A stretch of 64,000 nt of DNA from Sphaerobacteraceae bacterium (GTDB lineage: Bacteria > Chloroflexota > Chloroflexia > Thermomicrobiales > UBA6265): the NCBI GenBank assembly GCA_016781925.1, contig JADDPH010000077.1, forward strand, positions 878 to 64,877. The letters run 5' to 3'. Under the pieces are notes generated by a model, which worked only from the letters and a program-made list of their open reading frames with translations, had not been told where the DNA came from and did no database searches. How positions within the stretch are numbered: the first letter of the stretch is position 1; each line of letters starts with the position of its first letter. The position numbers and the translations under genes were made by a program. Shown piece after piece: positions 29,204-39,230 of this stretch.

Positions 29204-29526
29204 GTCCGGCACCAGCCAGGCGTAACACCGCCTTTCGCGTCTGTGACGCTATGTAGCTGGACTTGTGGTCGCCTGGCCCTGCCACCACGCCGCTGGTATG
29301 CCGTTTGCAAGGATGGGATCATCGTTCGCACGGTGGAGCCGTGCCCGTTCGATCCTGCGTCCTGGTTCAGGCCCACGACGCATCCAACGCTGGAAGCGAT
29401 CGCAGATCAATGCCCCATGCTCCCGGGCGGATGGTGAGCCACCAACGCTCGTTGAGCTAGGGCGCGTCAACCCATCCATCCGGAGCCGCTGCGACGCCGT
29501 GCAGCCGACAGCAGAAGGAGCACGCT

Positions 29527-30252
29527 ATGGATCATTCCGCTTCTCGCGCCTTGTCCGTTGAGACCGGGGCCATCGTGATGGCAGCAGATCAGCAGATCGG
29601 GATCGTCGAAGAGGTTGCGGCGGACCCAAGCACCGGGACGCCAAGTCAGCTCCTCGTGTACCGAACAGCGGACGCTAGCTACCTCAGAATCCCCTTCGAC
29701 CAGGTTGATGTGAGCGCCTCGACCGCGACCGAAGTTCGTTTGATCGCGACGCCGGCCGACCTGTCCGCCTATCAAGATGTTGGACACCCCGGGGGCGTCA
29801 AGACCAAGTTGGGCGCGACTCTCGCTGATGGTGAGCTGTTTGTGCCGATCCACGAGGAGGTTTTGGTCCCCACAACGCGGGAGATTTCCCTCGGTGAGGT
29901 CGTCGTCCGCAAGCGTGTCGAGCAGGTGCCGAGCGAGGCAACGGTAGATGTGGGCCACGACGAGGTGCTGGTGGAGCGGGTCGCGGTAAACCAACAGATC
30001 GATACCGCGCCGGCCCCGCGCCAGGAAGGCGACACCCTGGTCGTGCCGGTGGTCGAGGAGGTGCTCGTCACCGAGAAGCGCCTCATGCTGCGGGAAGAGG
30101 TCCGCATCACGCGTCGCCGACGAACCGAGCAGGTGACCGTGAGCGACACCGTCCGGCGGGAAGTGCTGGATGTCGAGGAGAACATTGCAACCTCGACCCA
30201 GAGCTCGGTCGGGTCGACGACGGTTGACGCCGACAACCGGCCTCTGACCTAA
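29527..30252 (+). CDS. YsnF/AvaK (DUF2382) domain stress protein with PRC-barrel-like N-terminus
   Basis: GAAGGAG SD. Repeated EEVLVPTTREISLGEVVVRKRVE / EEVLVTEKRLMLREEVRITRRR motifs typical of DUF2382. Confidence 0.8.
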   Translation: MDHSASRALSVETGAIVMAADQQIGIVEEVAADPSTGTPSQLLVYRTADASYLRIPFDQVDVSASTATEVRLIATPADLSAYQDVGHPGGVKTKLGATLADGELFVPIHEEVLVPTTREISLGEVVVRKRVEQVPSEATVDVGHDEVLVERVAVNQQIDTAPAPRQEGDTLVVPVVEEVLVTEKRLMLREEVRITRRRRTEQVTVSDTVRREVLDVEENIATSTQSSVGSTTVDADNRPLT

Positions 30253-30370
30253 CCGTCGCCGGCACCACGTCACTCCCGGGAGCCCCGACATGCCCGGTCA
30301 CCGTCCCCCGGAGCGCCGCCGTGGCCGCTCCGCCCGCCATGCCGGCCGCGAGCCGGCCGCGATTGGGTGG

Positions 30371-30775
30371 ATGACGCCGCCGATCGGATCGCGCAACGAC
30401 AGCGTCGTGGCCGTGTTCGAGCGGGACAGGTTGAGCAGCGGCCTCGCGGCCCTTCACCGGGAGCGGTACGGCCCGCACACCCGGGTCCTTGACGGCGCGC
30501 GGGGAGATCTGCCGGCCCAACTTTCCCGGGCGGGCGTCGAAGCGACCCTCGACCTACGCGGCTTGACGCCCGACATCGCGCTCGTGCTGGTGAACGCCCC
30601 GGGGCGAGCCGTTCTTGTGGCTGCCCTCTTGAGTGACGCGGGAGCCACGGAAGTCCACGTCCTCGGCGTTTCTCAGCAGGGCGGCAAGCCTGAGGAGTTG
30701 CGGGACCACGACCTTATCTCGCCCGGGTCGGACCCGGCCCACCTGGCCGAGCCCGACACTCCCGCGCCGGGATAG
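30371..30775 (+). CDS. hypothetical protein
   Basis: ORF with high GC3 in the gap between ysnF-like and hsp20. I recognise no motif. The start is uncertain. Confidence 0.4.
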   Translation: MTPPIGSRNDSVVAVFERDRLSSGLAALHRERYGPHTRVLDGARGDLPAQLSRAGVEATLDLRGLTPDIALVLVNAPGRAVLVAALLSDAGATEVHVLGVSQQGGKPEELRDHDLISPGSDPAHLAEPDTPAPG

Positions 30776-30805
30776 TCCACCACTTACCGATGGCCTGCGG
30801 ATCAA

Positions 30806-31318
30806 CTATGCCGATCCGCTCTGATCGGGTCCGCCGCTCACCTCGATCTCCTGCGCCCGGCTTTGCCCGCTACTGGTGCGAACCGGGATGGTGCGCGGCT
30901 TCGCCTGATCGGCCTTCGGTAGCGTCACCGTCAGCACGCCGTCCTTGAACTCGGCGTTGGCCGCATCGGCCTTCACCGCGGTGGGCAGCGAGACGGCGCG
31001 TTGGAAGGCGCCGAAGCGGCGTTCCCGAACTAGCCAGCGCCCCTCCTGATCACTCTCGTCGGACCGCTCCTCGCGTCGCTCTCCCCGGATCTGAAGGGTA
31101 TCCCCAAGGACGGTGATATCGACATCGGCGGGATCGACACCGGGAACGGAGGCGGTGACTACGAAGGCGTCGGCTGTCTCCCGGACATCAAGAGCGAGAC
31201 CGGCAGCGGTCTCTCCTTGACCGGGCCGTGGTCGAACGAAGCTCTCCTCCAACAGATTATTCATCGCCTCCCGCAGGCTGACGATGTCCCCAAAGGGGTC
31301 CCAGCGGGAAATACTCAT
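30806..31318 (-). CDS. Hsp20/alpha-crystallin small heat-shock protein
   Basis: MSISRWDPFGDIVSLREAMNNLLE...DVRETADAFVVTASVPGVDPADVDITV...AEFKDGVLTVTLPK. GGAGG SD before ATG 31318. The upstream 134 aa of the track ORF are spurious. Confidence 0.9.
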   Translation of the reverse strand: MSISRWDPFGDIVSLREAMNNLLEESFVRPRPGQGETAAGLALDVRETADAFVVTASVPGVDPADVDITVLGDTLQIRGERREERSDESDQEGRWLVRERRFGAFQRAVSLPTAVKADAANAEFKDGVLTVTLPKADQAKPRTIPVRTSSGQSRAQEIEVSGGPDQSGSA

Positions 31319-31492
31319 TGATGCACCTCCTGACGACGTCGGCCGCGGATCGAAACGCGCTGGCAAGGATGTTTTCGCGTGCCGCGTGCCACGATCGTAC
31401 GTCGCTCCGAGCGGGATGTGAGCTTGCCCAGGCTGTGACATGGGCCGGCTCCATTGACACGCATCCTGCCGCCGCCCATCCTGCTCCACGCA

Positions 31493-32410
31493 ATGATGCT
31501 GCCCCCTTCGGACGCCGTTCCCAGACGTAGCAGCGGGGCCGCGTCCCCCGCCAGATGGCGTCGCGCCGCGCGGATCGTCCACGCCTACCTCGTCTTGCCC
31601 CATGCGGTCCCAGTGCTGGTGGTGTTGGGGACCACGGCGGCCTTTGCCATGTTGGCAACCGACGGGGTGCCAACATGGGAGAGCCTGGCGCGGCTCCTCC
31701 TCGCCATGCTCGGCGGGCAACTCGCGATCGGTGCCATCAACGAGGTCGCGGACGCTGAGCTCGACGCGGTCTCCAAGCCAAACAAGCCCATCCCCGCCGG
31801 TTACGTCTCCGTCCGGGCCGCGCTGGTGCTGGCCTGCGTCTCGCTTCTAGTGATGCTCTGGTTCAGCGCCGGGTTCGGCCTCCCGTCGCTGCTGCTCTGC
31901 GCGCTCGGTACGGGTGCCGGCCTGGCCTACGATCTCTGGTTCAAGCGCACCTTGTTCTCATGGCTGCCCTACCTCATCGCCCTGCCGCTCCTGCCGGTCT
32001 GGGTATGGACCGCGATCGCACCCACCGGCTTCGATCCGCGCTTGCTGGCGCTCTATCCGCTCGGCGCCTTCGCGGTCGTTGGCGTCCACCTGAGCCAGGC
32101 CCTGCCGGACACGGTGGGAGACCGGGAAGCCGGCATCCGCAGCCTCTCCAGCTCGCTCGGTGAGCGCCGCGCGATCGTCACCTGCTGGCTCGCGACGCTC
32201 TCGACACCGCTGCTGGCCGTCGCCGCCGCTCCCCTCCTCGTCGATCGGCTCGGAGTCGTCTGGCTCGCCGCGATGGTGGTTGCGCTGCTTGTCGGCCTGG
32301 ATATCGCGCTCTACACCGTTCGACGCCGGCTGGGCGTCATGGCCTGCTTCCCCTGCGTCGCCGTCAGCACCGCCGTGATGGGATTGGGCTGGGTGCTCGC
32401 GCTGCGGTGA
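31493..32410 (+). CDS. UbiA-family prenyltransferase
   Basis: NEVADAELDAVSKPNKPIPAG (NxxxDxxxD motif) and about 8 TM helices. The start is uncertain (TTG 31454 or ATG 31493). Confidence 0.85.
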   Translation: MMLPPSDAVPRRSSGAASPARWRRAARIVHAYLVLPHAVPVLVVLGTTAAFAMLATDGVPTWESLARLLLAMLGGQLAIGAINEVADAELDAVSKPNKPIPAGYVSVRAALVLACVSLLVMLWFSAGFGLPSLLLCALGTGAGLAYDLWFKRTLFSWLPYLIALPLLPVWVWTAIAPTGFDPRLLALYPLGAFAVVGVHLSQALPDTVGDREAGIRSLSSSLGERRAIVTCWLATLSTPLLAVAAAPLLVDRLGVVWLAAMVVALLVGLDIALYTVRRRLGVMACFPCVAVSTAVMGLGWVLALR

Positions 32411-32462
32411 AGAACAAGCGTCAGGACGCCAAAAGTCCTACGCCGTATGCCGAGGAGAACCC

Positions 32463-32957
32463 ATGGTCGATCGACAGACGCTGCTCAGGGAACTGGACGA
32501 CGCGCGGGCACTGCTGCTCTCGGTCCTGGAAGGGATGGTCGACGCGGATTTAGGCTGTCCCCTCCCCGCACACTCGTGGACCGTGGCGGATCTCCTTCAC
32601 CACATCACTGCCTGGGACGAGGTCGGGGCGACGACGGTGGAGGCGATGGAGAACGGGACGAGGGTGAACACGTACGTCGATGACGTCGACGCCTGGAACG
32701 ATCAGGCCGTCGCCGCACGACGAGGCAATCTGCCAGAGACGACACTGGGTGACCTGCATGCGGTCCGCGAGCGCCTGCGCTCGGCCCTCATCACGGCTTC
32801 TCCCTCTCTATGGGAGAAGCCGTGCACGACCCCGAAGGGCCATCCCGTCAGCCTCCCTGAGATCTGCAGGACGTGGACGAGGCACGACGCCGAGCACGCG
32901 GCGGATCTGCGTGCCGTGCGCGATCGTGATCCGGCGGCCGGGCCGCAGACATCCTGA
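32463..32957 (+). CDS. DinB-family (four-helix bundle, metal-binding) protein
   Basis: WTVADLLHHITAWDE...WTRHDAEHAADL is a His-triad pattern of DinB/MDMPI-like proteins. Confidence 0.75.
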   Translation: MVDRQTLLRELDDARALLLSVLEGMVDADLGCPLPAHSWTVADLLHHITAWDEVGATTVEAMENGTRVNTYVDDVDAWNDQAVAARRGNLPETTLGDLHAVRERLRSALITASPSLWEKPCTTPKGHPVSLPEICRTWTRHDAEHAADLRAVRDRDPAAGPQTS

Positions 32958-32970
32958 GGCCGACGGGGTT

Positions 32971-34542
32971 CTACACAATCCGGGTGGAACGAATGGATCC
33001 CTGCCCGCGGGCTACGGCACGGCGCTCGGCCACGGTGCGCGCCGCCGCCCCGAGGCGCCGGGTTCCTTCCGCGATCTGCGTCGGAGCCAGGCCGGAGAAC
33101 GCCAAGCGGAGCGCGTCACGGCCGCCGCCGTCAACATGGAAGAGATCGCCCGGGACGAAGGCCACGCCCTCCCGCGAGGCTTCGGCAAGCACCTCCCGCG
33201 CCCGTAGCCCTGCCGCAAGATGGGCCCAGAGGTAGAACCCTCCAGCTGGCGAGCGCCAGGTGAGCATTTCCCCCACCTCCTGACGCAGCCCGGTCTCCAG
33301 GGCATCGCGCCGGGCGGTATAGACGGGCACCAGCTTGGCCAGGTGGCCATCGAATCCGCCGCGGTCGAAATACTCCGCGACCGCCCATTGCGCGAGCGGA
33401 TTCGATTCCAGATCGACCAGAGCCTTCACCCAGGCAAGACGCTCGATCAGCGGTGGCGCGGCGACCACCCAGCCCAGTCGGAATCCCGGGAACAACACCT
33501 TCGAGAAGGTGGACAGGTAGATCACGGGGCTGGCTGGCCCGTCGGCAAGCGTCAGAAGTGAGGGCATTGACTCGCCCTCATAGCGCAGTTCGCTGTAGGG
33601 ATCATCTTCGATCAGCGGCACACCGTGGCGCCGGGCGACCGCGAGGAGCCGCTGCCGGCGTTCCAAGGAGAGGGTCGCCCCGGTCGGATTTTGGAAGGTG
33701 GGCAAGACGTAGATCAGCTTGATGGGGCGGCGCTCCAACACCTCACCCAGCCGGTCTGGGTCCAGCCCCTCGCGATCGGCCGGGATGGTCACGAGCCGTG
33801 CCCCGGCCGCGCGGAAGACCTGGAGGGCCCCGAGGTAGGTGGGCGCCTCGACCGCGACGGTGTCTCCCGGCTCGATCAGGGCACGAGCCAACAGGTAGAG
33901 CCCTTGCTGGCTGCCGCCGCAGATGAAGACCGCGCCGGCGGGCACCGGCATTCCCCGGCGGGCCATCCGCGCCGCAATCGCTTCCCGCAATGGACCGTGC
34001 CCTTCCGGCGGGGAGTATTGGAGAAGCCCTTCTCCGCCCGGGCCAAGGGCTTCCGCGAGAAGCGAGCGGAACGTCCGTGTCGGGTAGGTTTCTGGTGCCG
34101 GCACGCCGGCGACGAACGAGACGACATCCTCCCGGCCCGCGAGCGCCGCGATGTCGGCCAACGCCGGGTCGTCCTCGACCATCGGGGCAAAGAGCTGCCG
34201 CCAGTCCAGCCGTCGCCCGCTTCCGCCAGCGGCAAGGGCATCCCGCCCATGAGCGGGGAATCGTTCCGAACTCGCGGCGACGGTGGTGCCACGCCCCACG
34301 TGGGCATGGACGAGCCCATCGGCGGCCAGCTCCCGGTACGCCGCGACGACGGTGGTGCGGTCGACGCCCAGGGCGGCGGCAAGGGTTCGCTCAGGCGGGA
34401 GTCGCGTGCCCGCGATCAACCTTCCCGACCCAATGGCCTCACGCACCCCGACCTCGATCTGGCGGTAGAGTGGCGTGGGGGATTCACGGTCCAGGCGGAG
34501 GCTCAGCTCGTCATCGTCATCGGCTGTTTCCCGCTTGTGCAT
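32971..34542 (-). CDS. MocR-type regulator (GntR HTH fused to PLP aminotransferase-like domain)
   Basis: PLYRQIEVGVREAIGSGRLIAGTRLPPERTLAAALGVDRTTVVAAYRELAADGLV, plus a fold-type I domain (YLSTFSKVLFPGFRLGW, with the PLP Lys in SK). Confidence 0.9.
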   Translation of the reverse strand: MHKRETADDDDELSLRLDRESPTPLYRQIEVGVREAIGSGRLIAGTRLPPERTLAAALGVDRTTVVAAYRELAADGLVHAHVGRGTTVAASSERFPAHGRDALAAGGSGRRLDWRQLFAPMVEDDPALADIAALAGREDVVSFVAGVPAPETYPTRTFRSLLAEALGPGGEGLLQYSPPEGHGPLREAIAARMARRGMPVPAGAVFICGGSQQGLYLLARALIEPGDTVAVEAPTYLGALQVFRAAGARLVTIPADREGLDPDRLGEVLERRPIKLIYVLPTFQNPTGATLSLERRQRLLAVARRHGVPLIEDDPYSELRYEGESMPSLLTLADGPASPVIYLSTFSKVLFPGFRLGWVVAAPPLIERLAWVKALVDLESNPLAQWAVAEYFDRGGFDGHLAKLVPVYTARRDALETGLRQEVGEMLTWRSPAGGFYLWAHLAAGLRAREVLAEASREGVAFVPGDLFHVDGGGRDALRLAFSGLAPTQIAEGTRRLGAAARTVAERRAVARGQGSIRSTRIV

Positions 34543-34709
34543 CGGCTTTCCAGGGTGACGAATGGGAGCGGGTCGAGGTTCGCTCCCAGAGCATACCCGC
34601 GCCCACATGGGGCTGCCAGAGGGAACTCGGCAGCAGCCAGGCGTCCAACGGGCGGGGGGAGTCGTCTGATGCGGGAGCCTGAGATAGGGTGCGGGGTGCG
34701 GTGAGGGTA

Positions 34710-34738
34710 TTGACGGCCTCTGAGGCCAGACCTATGAT
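34710..34738 (+). promoter_or_regulatory. sigma70-type promoter with palindrome in the spacer (candidate operator)
   Basis: TTGACG, a 17-nt spacer, then TATGAT. The spacer contains the perfect inverted repeat GGCCTC-T-GAGGCC (34715-34727). It lies about 110 nt upstream of the aldolase ATG, in the divergent region shared with the MocR gene. Confidence 0.5.
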
Positions 34739-34847
34739 CCCGCCATCGACGGCGCGATCATCTGCCACAACGGTGTGCACGATACAGTGCGGCTCGCGGC
34801 TTCGCGGGCCCGGGACTTGGACGGCCGGTACGACCGGCAACGAGAGG

Positions 34848-35654
34848 ATGGATCGCTTGAGCGGCGCTCAATTGCGGCTCGGACGCCTTTTCAACAAAGA
34901 GAGTGGACGCTCTTTCATCGCCGCGATCGATCACGGGGTCACCATTGGGGCAGCCACTGGTGCTGAGCGGGCCGTGGAGACCGTCGAGACCGTGATCGCC
35001 TGTGGCCCGGACGCCGTGCTGATTGGACCTGGCTTACTGCCGAAGACCGCACACCTCTTCGCCCATCGCGGCGCGCCTGCTCCGGTGCTGCGGGCTGACT
35101 TCATCATCAACGACCCCCGCCTCACGGATCTGGGCGAGGGCTACCGCGTCCTCGTCTCCCCGTCGCACGCGGCGCACCTCGGGGCCGAGGCCTTCATCAT
35201 GTTCCTCATCATGGGTCCCGAGGAGGGCACCATGTTCGCCGATAACGTGCGGGCGATCTCCCACGCGGCCGAGGAGGCCCACAAGGTCGGTCTCCCGCTC
35301 ATTGTCGAGGCGGTCCTCTGGGGATCGCGCATGAAGGACAAGCGGGATCCTGACCTCCTGACTTGGGCCTGCCGCACCGCGGCCGAACTCGGCGCCGACG
35401 CCATCAAGACGGAGTGGACGGGAGATGTCGCCAGCATGGCGAAGCTGATCGAGTCGGTGCCGGCGCCGGTCCTGGTGCTCGGTGGCCCGAAGTCAGATGA
35501 TCCTGAAACCGTTCTCGACGCGACTCGTGGGGCGATGGAGGCAGGCGCCAAGGGAGTGGCCTACGGTCGGAATCTCTGGGGAGCCGACAACCCGCGCGAG
35601 ATGGGCCAGCGCCTCCGTGAGGTGATTCACGGCACCGTCCTCGTAGCCTCGTAG
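34848..35654 (+). CDS. class I aldolase, DhnA/FbaB/LsrF-like family
   Basis: FIAAIDHGVTIG...GADAIKTEWTG (Schiff-base Lys context)...VLVLGGPK...GAKGVAYGRNLW. GAGAGG SD. Confidence 0.85.
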   Translation: MDRLSGAQLRLGRLFNKESGRSFIAAIDHGVTIGAATGAERAVETVETVIACGPDAVLIGPGLLPKTAHLFAHRGAPAPVLRADFIINDPRLTDLGEGYRVLVSPSHAAHLGAEAFIMFLIMGPEEGTMFADNVRAISHAAEEAHKVGLPLIVEAVLWGSRMKDKRDPDLLTWACRTAAELGADAIKTEWTGDVASMAKLIESVPAPVLVLGGPKSDDPETVLDATRGAMEAGAKGVAYGRNLWGADNPREMGQRLREVIHGTVLVAS

Positions 35655-35891
35655 TCTTTCGCACATAGAACCGGCCGAACGGGGCCCTTGCACAGGCGCA
35701 TCACCTAGACCGGGACGGGCACCCCGTCCGCAGTCGCAGCCGGGGTTCGGTTGGACGCGCCGTCGTGCAACCGAGGCGCCCCACCCACTCTTGGGAGCAC
35801 GGCTCTGGTTCCCACCGTATGGGACCGCAGGGGCGGTCCAGGGGAGCCGCCGGCGACGACGCCGGCGAGGCATCAAGGAGGAGACGCGCGG

Positions 35892-37523
35892 ATGGCAGAC
35901 CAGCGGGTGCATCAGCTCTTCGCGGAGTTGGCCAGCAACCAGATCGACCGGCGGACCTTCATCCGCCGCGCCGTCGGCATGGGCCTCTCGGCAACCGCGA
36001 TCGGGCTGTTCCTGAAGGCAGCTCCGAGGGTCTCGGCGCAAGACGTTACCGGTGGCGCTGGCGCGCCGGTGGTGGCCCAGCCCGGCTCCGCAACCCAGTT
36101 TTTCCAGGGTCAGGAGTTGACGGTCCAGTGCATCGACGACTCCGTCAAGATCCCCTGGGAGGAGGTTCGGCCCGAGTTCGAGGCGGCCACGGGCGCCAAG
36201 CTCACGATCATTGCCGATCCCATCGGCGAAGCGTTCCCGAAGCTGCTCGACGACCAGGCATCGGGCAACAATCAGATCGATGCCGCGATGATCGGCATGT
36301 GGTGGCTGGGTGACCTGGTCGCCGGTGACTACCTCCTTCCCTACGACGAGTACTACAACGACACCACCGGCAAGTTCCCGGCAATCAATTTCGATGACGA
36401 ATTGCCGGGCATGCGGGCGCTGCGGACGTACAACAATCAAAAATACGTGGTCCCGTACGACGCGGACGGACAGTGCCTCTACTACCGCCGGGATCTCCTG
36501 ACCGATCCGACCCACATGGAGGCCTTCAAGGCCGAGTACGGGAAGGACCTCGCCGTCCCAAGGACCTGGCAGGACCTGCGCGACATCGCCAAGTACTTCA
36601 ACGGCAAGCCGCTCGGCGGCGATGCCGGCAACGGTCACGGTATCTCGATGCACCTCAAGGTCGGCGGCCAGGGCATGTTCCACTTCATGTCCCTCTCTGC
36701 CCCCTTCGTGATCGGGCCCGAGAACCCGAAGCTCTACTGGTTCGATCCGGACAACATGGAACCCCTGGTCGCCAGCGAAGGCCACCGGCGGGCCATGGAG
36801 CTCTACCTGGAGTTGACCTCCTACGGCCCGCAGGCAATGGCCGGCTGGGCGCTGGGCGAAGCGTGGGACTACTTCCTGCGCGGCAATGCGGTCTTCACCT
36901 ACTCCTGGGGTGACGTCGCGGCGCTGGCGGTGGAGCGCAACTCGTTCGTCAAGGGCAAGGTTGGCACCGCGGCCCTGCCGGGGACGATGTCCTACTTCAA
37001 TCCCAAGACGGGCCAGGAGATCACCACCACCGAACCGAACCTGGTCGGCAACACGACCGGCGGTTCCTGGGCCGGTGTGCTCATGAAGTCCTCGGACGTG
37101 CCGGAGTTGGCCTACTACTTCCTGGCCCTGACGGCGACGGAGGCCAAGCAACGGTTCTACGCCACTCGCGGTACGGACGGCGTCGATCCCGGACGGCTCA
37201 GCCAAATGCCCCCGGACGCGGTCGAGGGCGGCACGGGCAACATCGAGGACTACACTGCCCAGGGGTGGGTCGCGGAGGACGCCGCGGAGTACGTCAAGGC
37301 GTACTACGACAACTACCAGAACCCGAACCAGCTGCCCTTCCTGCGCATCCCGGGCACGTTCGAGTACTGGACGCGGATGGACGTCCGCCTCTCGGAGGTC
37401 CTCACCAGCGGCGTGAGTCCAGAAGAGGCCGTCCAGTCCATGGCCCAGGACTTCCGGGAGATCAACGAGCGGCTCGGGGTCGAGCAGCAACTCGAGATCT
37501 ATAAGGCGTCTCTCGGGCTCTGA
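35892..37523 (+). CDS. ABC transporter substrate-binding protein (CUT1 sugar type) with Tat signal
   Basis: AAGGAGGAG SD. The twin-arginine leader is IDRRTFIRRAVGMGLSATAIGLFL...VSAQ. Size and pattern match family-1 solute-binding proteins. Confidence 0.9.
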   Translation: MADQRVHQLFAELASNQIDRRTFIRRAVGMGLSATAIGLFLKAAPRVSAQDVTGGAGAPVVAQPGSATQFFQGQELTVQCIDDSVKIPWEEVRPEFEAATGAKLTIIADPIGEAFPKLLDDQASGNNQIDAAMIGMWWLGDLVAGDYLLPYDEYYNDTTGKFPAINFDDELPGMRALRTYNNQKYVVPYDADGQCLYYRRDLLTDPTHMEAFKAEYGKDLAVPRTWQDLRDIAKYFNGKPLGGDAGNGHGISMHLKVGGQGMFHFMSLSAPFVIGPENPKLYWFDPDNMEPLVASEGHRRAMELYLELTSYGPQAMAGWALGEAWDYFLRGNAVFTYSWGDVAALAVERNSFVKGKVGTAALPGTMSYFNPKTGQEITTTEPNLVGNTTGGSWAGVLMKSSDVPELAYYFLALTATEAKQRFYATRGTDGVDPGRLSQMPPDAVEGGTGNIEDYTAQGWVAEDAAEYVKAYYDNYQNPNQLPFLRIPGTFEYWTRMDVRLSEVLTSGVSPEEAVQSMAQDFREINERLGVEQQLEIYKASLGL

Positions 37524-37640
37524 TCGAGCCCTGACCTGGCAACCGGGGGATGTCGAGGCCGCGGGATTCGGAACCATCCGGACCCCGCGGCCCCATTCGA
37601 CCCATCTTTACGTCTCCATCGCTGACGGCCGGGAGGAGCC

Positions 37641-39230
37641 ATGGCCCAGCTCGAAACCACCGGACCCGGCCCGGCGACGCGCGCGGGAATCGGCACCCTC
37701 CGCCCCACCCCCACAACCCGCCCAGCGAACACCCTTCGCACCTGGGGGTCGAAGGTCGCCGTCGTCGCGGCCCTTCTCCTCGGTGGTGTGCTGGCCTACG
37801 TCCTGCCGGCCGTAGGGATCAATGGCGGCGGCAGCCTGGGCTTGGATGAGGTCGGCACGAAGCTGACCCTCACCGGGGACGGCTGGGTGGTGACGCTCGG
37901 TTGGTTCGGCTGCATCGTCGGGATCGTCGCGGCGCTCGCCTTCCCCGCAACGGAGCGGTTCATCCAGTCCCTCACGATCACGGCCTGTGCCCTGGTCGCG
38001 ATGATCCTCCCGTACTTCGTCGCCACCCACCTGTCCCAGGTCGACAAGGAAGCATCCTCACTTGGGAGCGGCCTGCTCCTTGCCTGGATCTGCTTTGGCA
38101 TCGCGGCCGCTCTTCCCTGGCTGGCGCTGCTCTGGCGGGACAAAGCGCAACCGGTGCTCGACCGGGACTGGGCGAAATGGCTCTTCCTGCTCCCAGCGGT
38201 AGTTTGGGTCTTCCTGCTGACCCTCTTTCCCCTGGTCTACGCGTTCACCACCAGCCGCTACGCCTTTCGCAGCGGCCGGATCAGCCGCTCGGTCGGCTGG
38301 GACAACTACCAGCGGCTCTTTGTCGAAGGGTCGCTCTGGTCGGCATTCGGCGGCGCCTTACTTGCTGCGGCCGCGACCGCCGCGGTGGTGCTCGGCGGTG
38401 GACTGCTGCTGGCCTGGCTGAGCGACCGCGAGGTCACGCGTGAGGATGTCCGGGGCGTCGCCCGGTTCGTCCCACTCTTCGCGGTGCCGGCCGCCCTCAT
38501 CTACCTCGCCTCGAACATCCTGCGCGACCCCCTCGGCACGCAGCTCAACATCACGTTCTTCTTCGTGGCCGGAGCGGTCGTTTCGGAGATGATCCTCGGG
38601 TTCCTGATTGCGCTCCTGATGAACCGGGAGCTACGGGGCCGGAACGTGCTGCGGGCCACGATGACCCTGCCGATCTTCGCCACGCCGATCGCGATGGGCT
38701 ACCTGGGGCGGGCGATCTTCTACGAGACGGGCGGACCCATCAATGCGGGTCTCGGCGGGCTGGGCTTGGGTCAACCGCCATGGTTGTCCGATCCCCAGTG
38801 GGCCCGCATCGCGACGATCATCATCGACGTCTGGCAGTGGACGCCGTTCGTCTTCATCATCGCGCTGGCTGGGTTGCAGGGCCTGCCCCAGGACGTGCTG
38901 GAGGCCGCGGCGGTGGACGGCGGCGGCGGCTGGCAGGCGCTGCGTCACATCATCCTGCCCCTGATGGCGCCAATCCTCTGGCTCATCTTCCTACTGCGCG
39001 CGATCGACTCCTTCAAGGTCTTTGACATCGCGCAGGGGCTGACCCTCGGCGGCCCCGGTCGCTCCACCGAGTACTACAGCCTGTTCAACTACCGCACCGC
39101 CCGGCAGTTCTTCAATTACGGCGAAGCCGCCGCGCAAGCTTTTCTCTTGCTGCTGATCGTGATGATCCTTGTTTCCCTGCTTTGGGGCCGGATCCGGCAC
39201 GTGTACGACGACGAAGAGGTGAGGGCATGA
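37641..39230 (+). CDS. ABC transporter permease (MalF-like) with ~190-aa extra N-terminal TM region
   Basis: The EAA-loop region is EAAAVDGGGGWQALRHIILPLM. Several additional TM helices lie N-terminal. Confidence 0.9.
   Translation: MAQLETTGPGPATRAGIGTLRPTPTTRPANTLRTWGSKVAVVAALLLGGVLAYVLPAVGINGGGSLGLDEVGTKLTLTGDGWVVTLGWFGCIVGIVAALAFPATERFIQSLTITACALVAMILPYFVATHLSQVDKEASSLGSGLLLAWICFGIAAALPWLALLWRDKAQPVLDRDWAKWLFLLPAVVWVFLLTLFPLVYAFTTSRYAFRSGRISRSVGWDNYQRLFVEGSLWSAFGGALLAAAATAAVVLGGGLLLAWLSDREVTREDVRGVARFVPLFAVPAALIYLASNILRDPLGTQLNITFFFVAGAVVSEMILGFLIALLMNRELRGRNVLRATMTLPIFATPIAMGYLGRAIFYETGGPINAGLGGLGLGQPPWLSDPQWARIATIIIDVWQWTPFVFIIALAGLQGLPQDVLEAAAVDGGGGWQALRHIILPLMAPILWLIFLLRAIDSFKVFDIAQGLTLGGPGRSTEYYSLFNYRTARQFFNYGEAAAQAFLLLLIVMILVSLLWGRIRHVYDDEEVRA

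Noticed and set aside
31319-31720. 134-aa N-terminal extension of the hsp20 ORF (the track gives 304 aa)
   Set aside because: The Hsp20 homology starts at MSISRWDPF, which has a GGAGG SD. The upstream part is Arg/Gly/Pro-rich, and similar spurious extensions were trimmed for sucC, lysS, greA, the zinc-ribbon gene, the cupin and the aldolase.
35493-37577. 694-aa minus-strand ORF, the longest in its region
   Set aside because: It lies antisense to the Tat-signal ABC substrate-binding protein gene, which has a strong SD and family features. The minus-strand translation is low-complexity (R/G/V/L-rich) with no recognisable domain.
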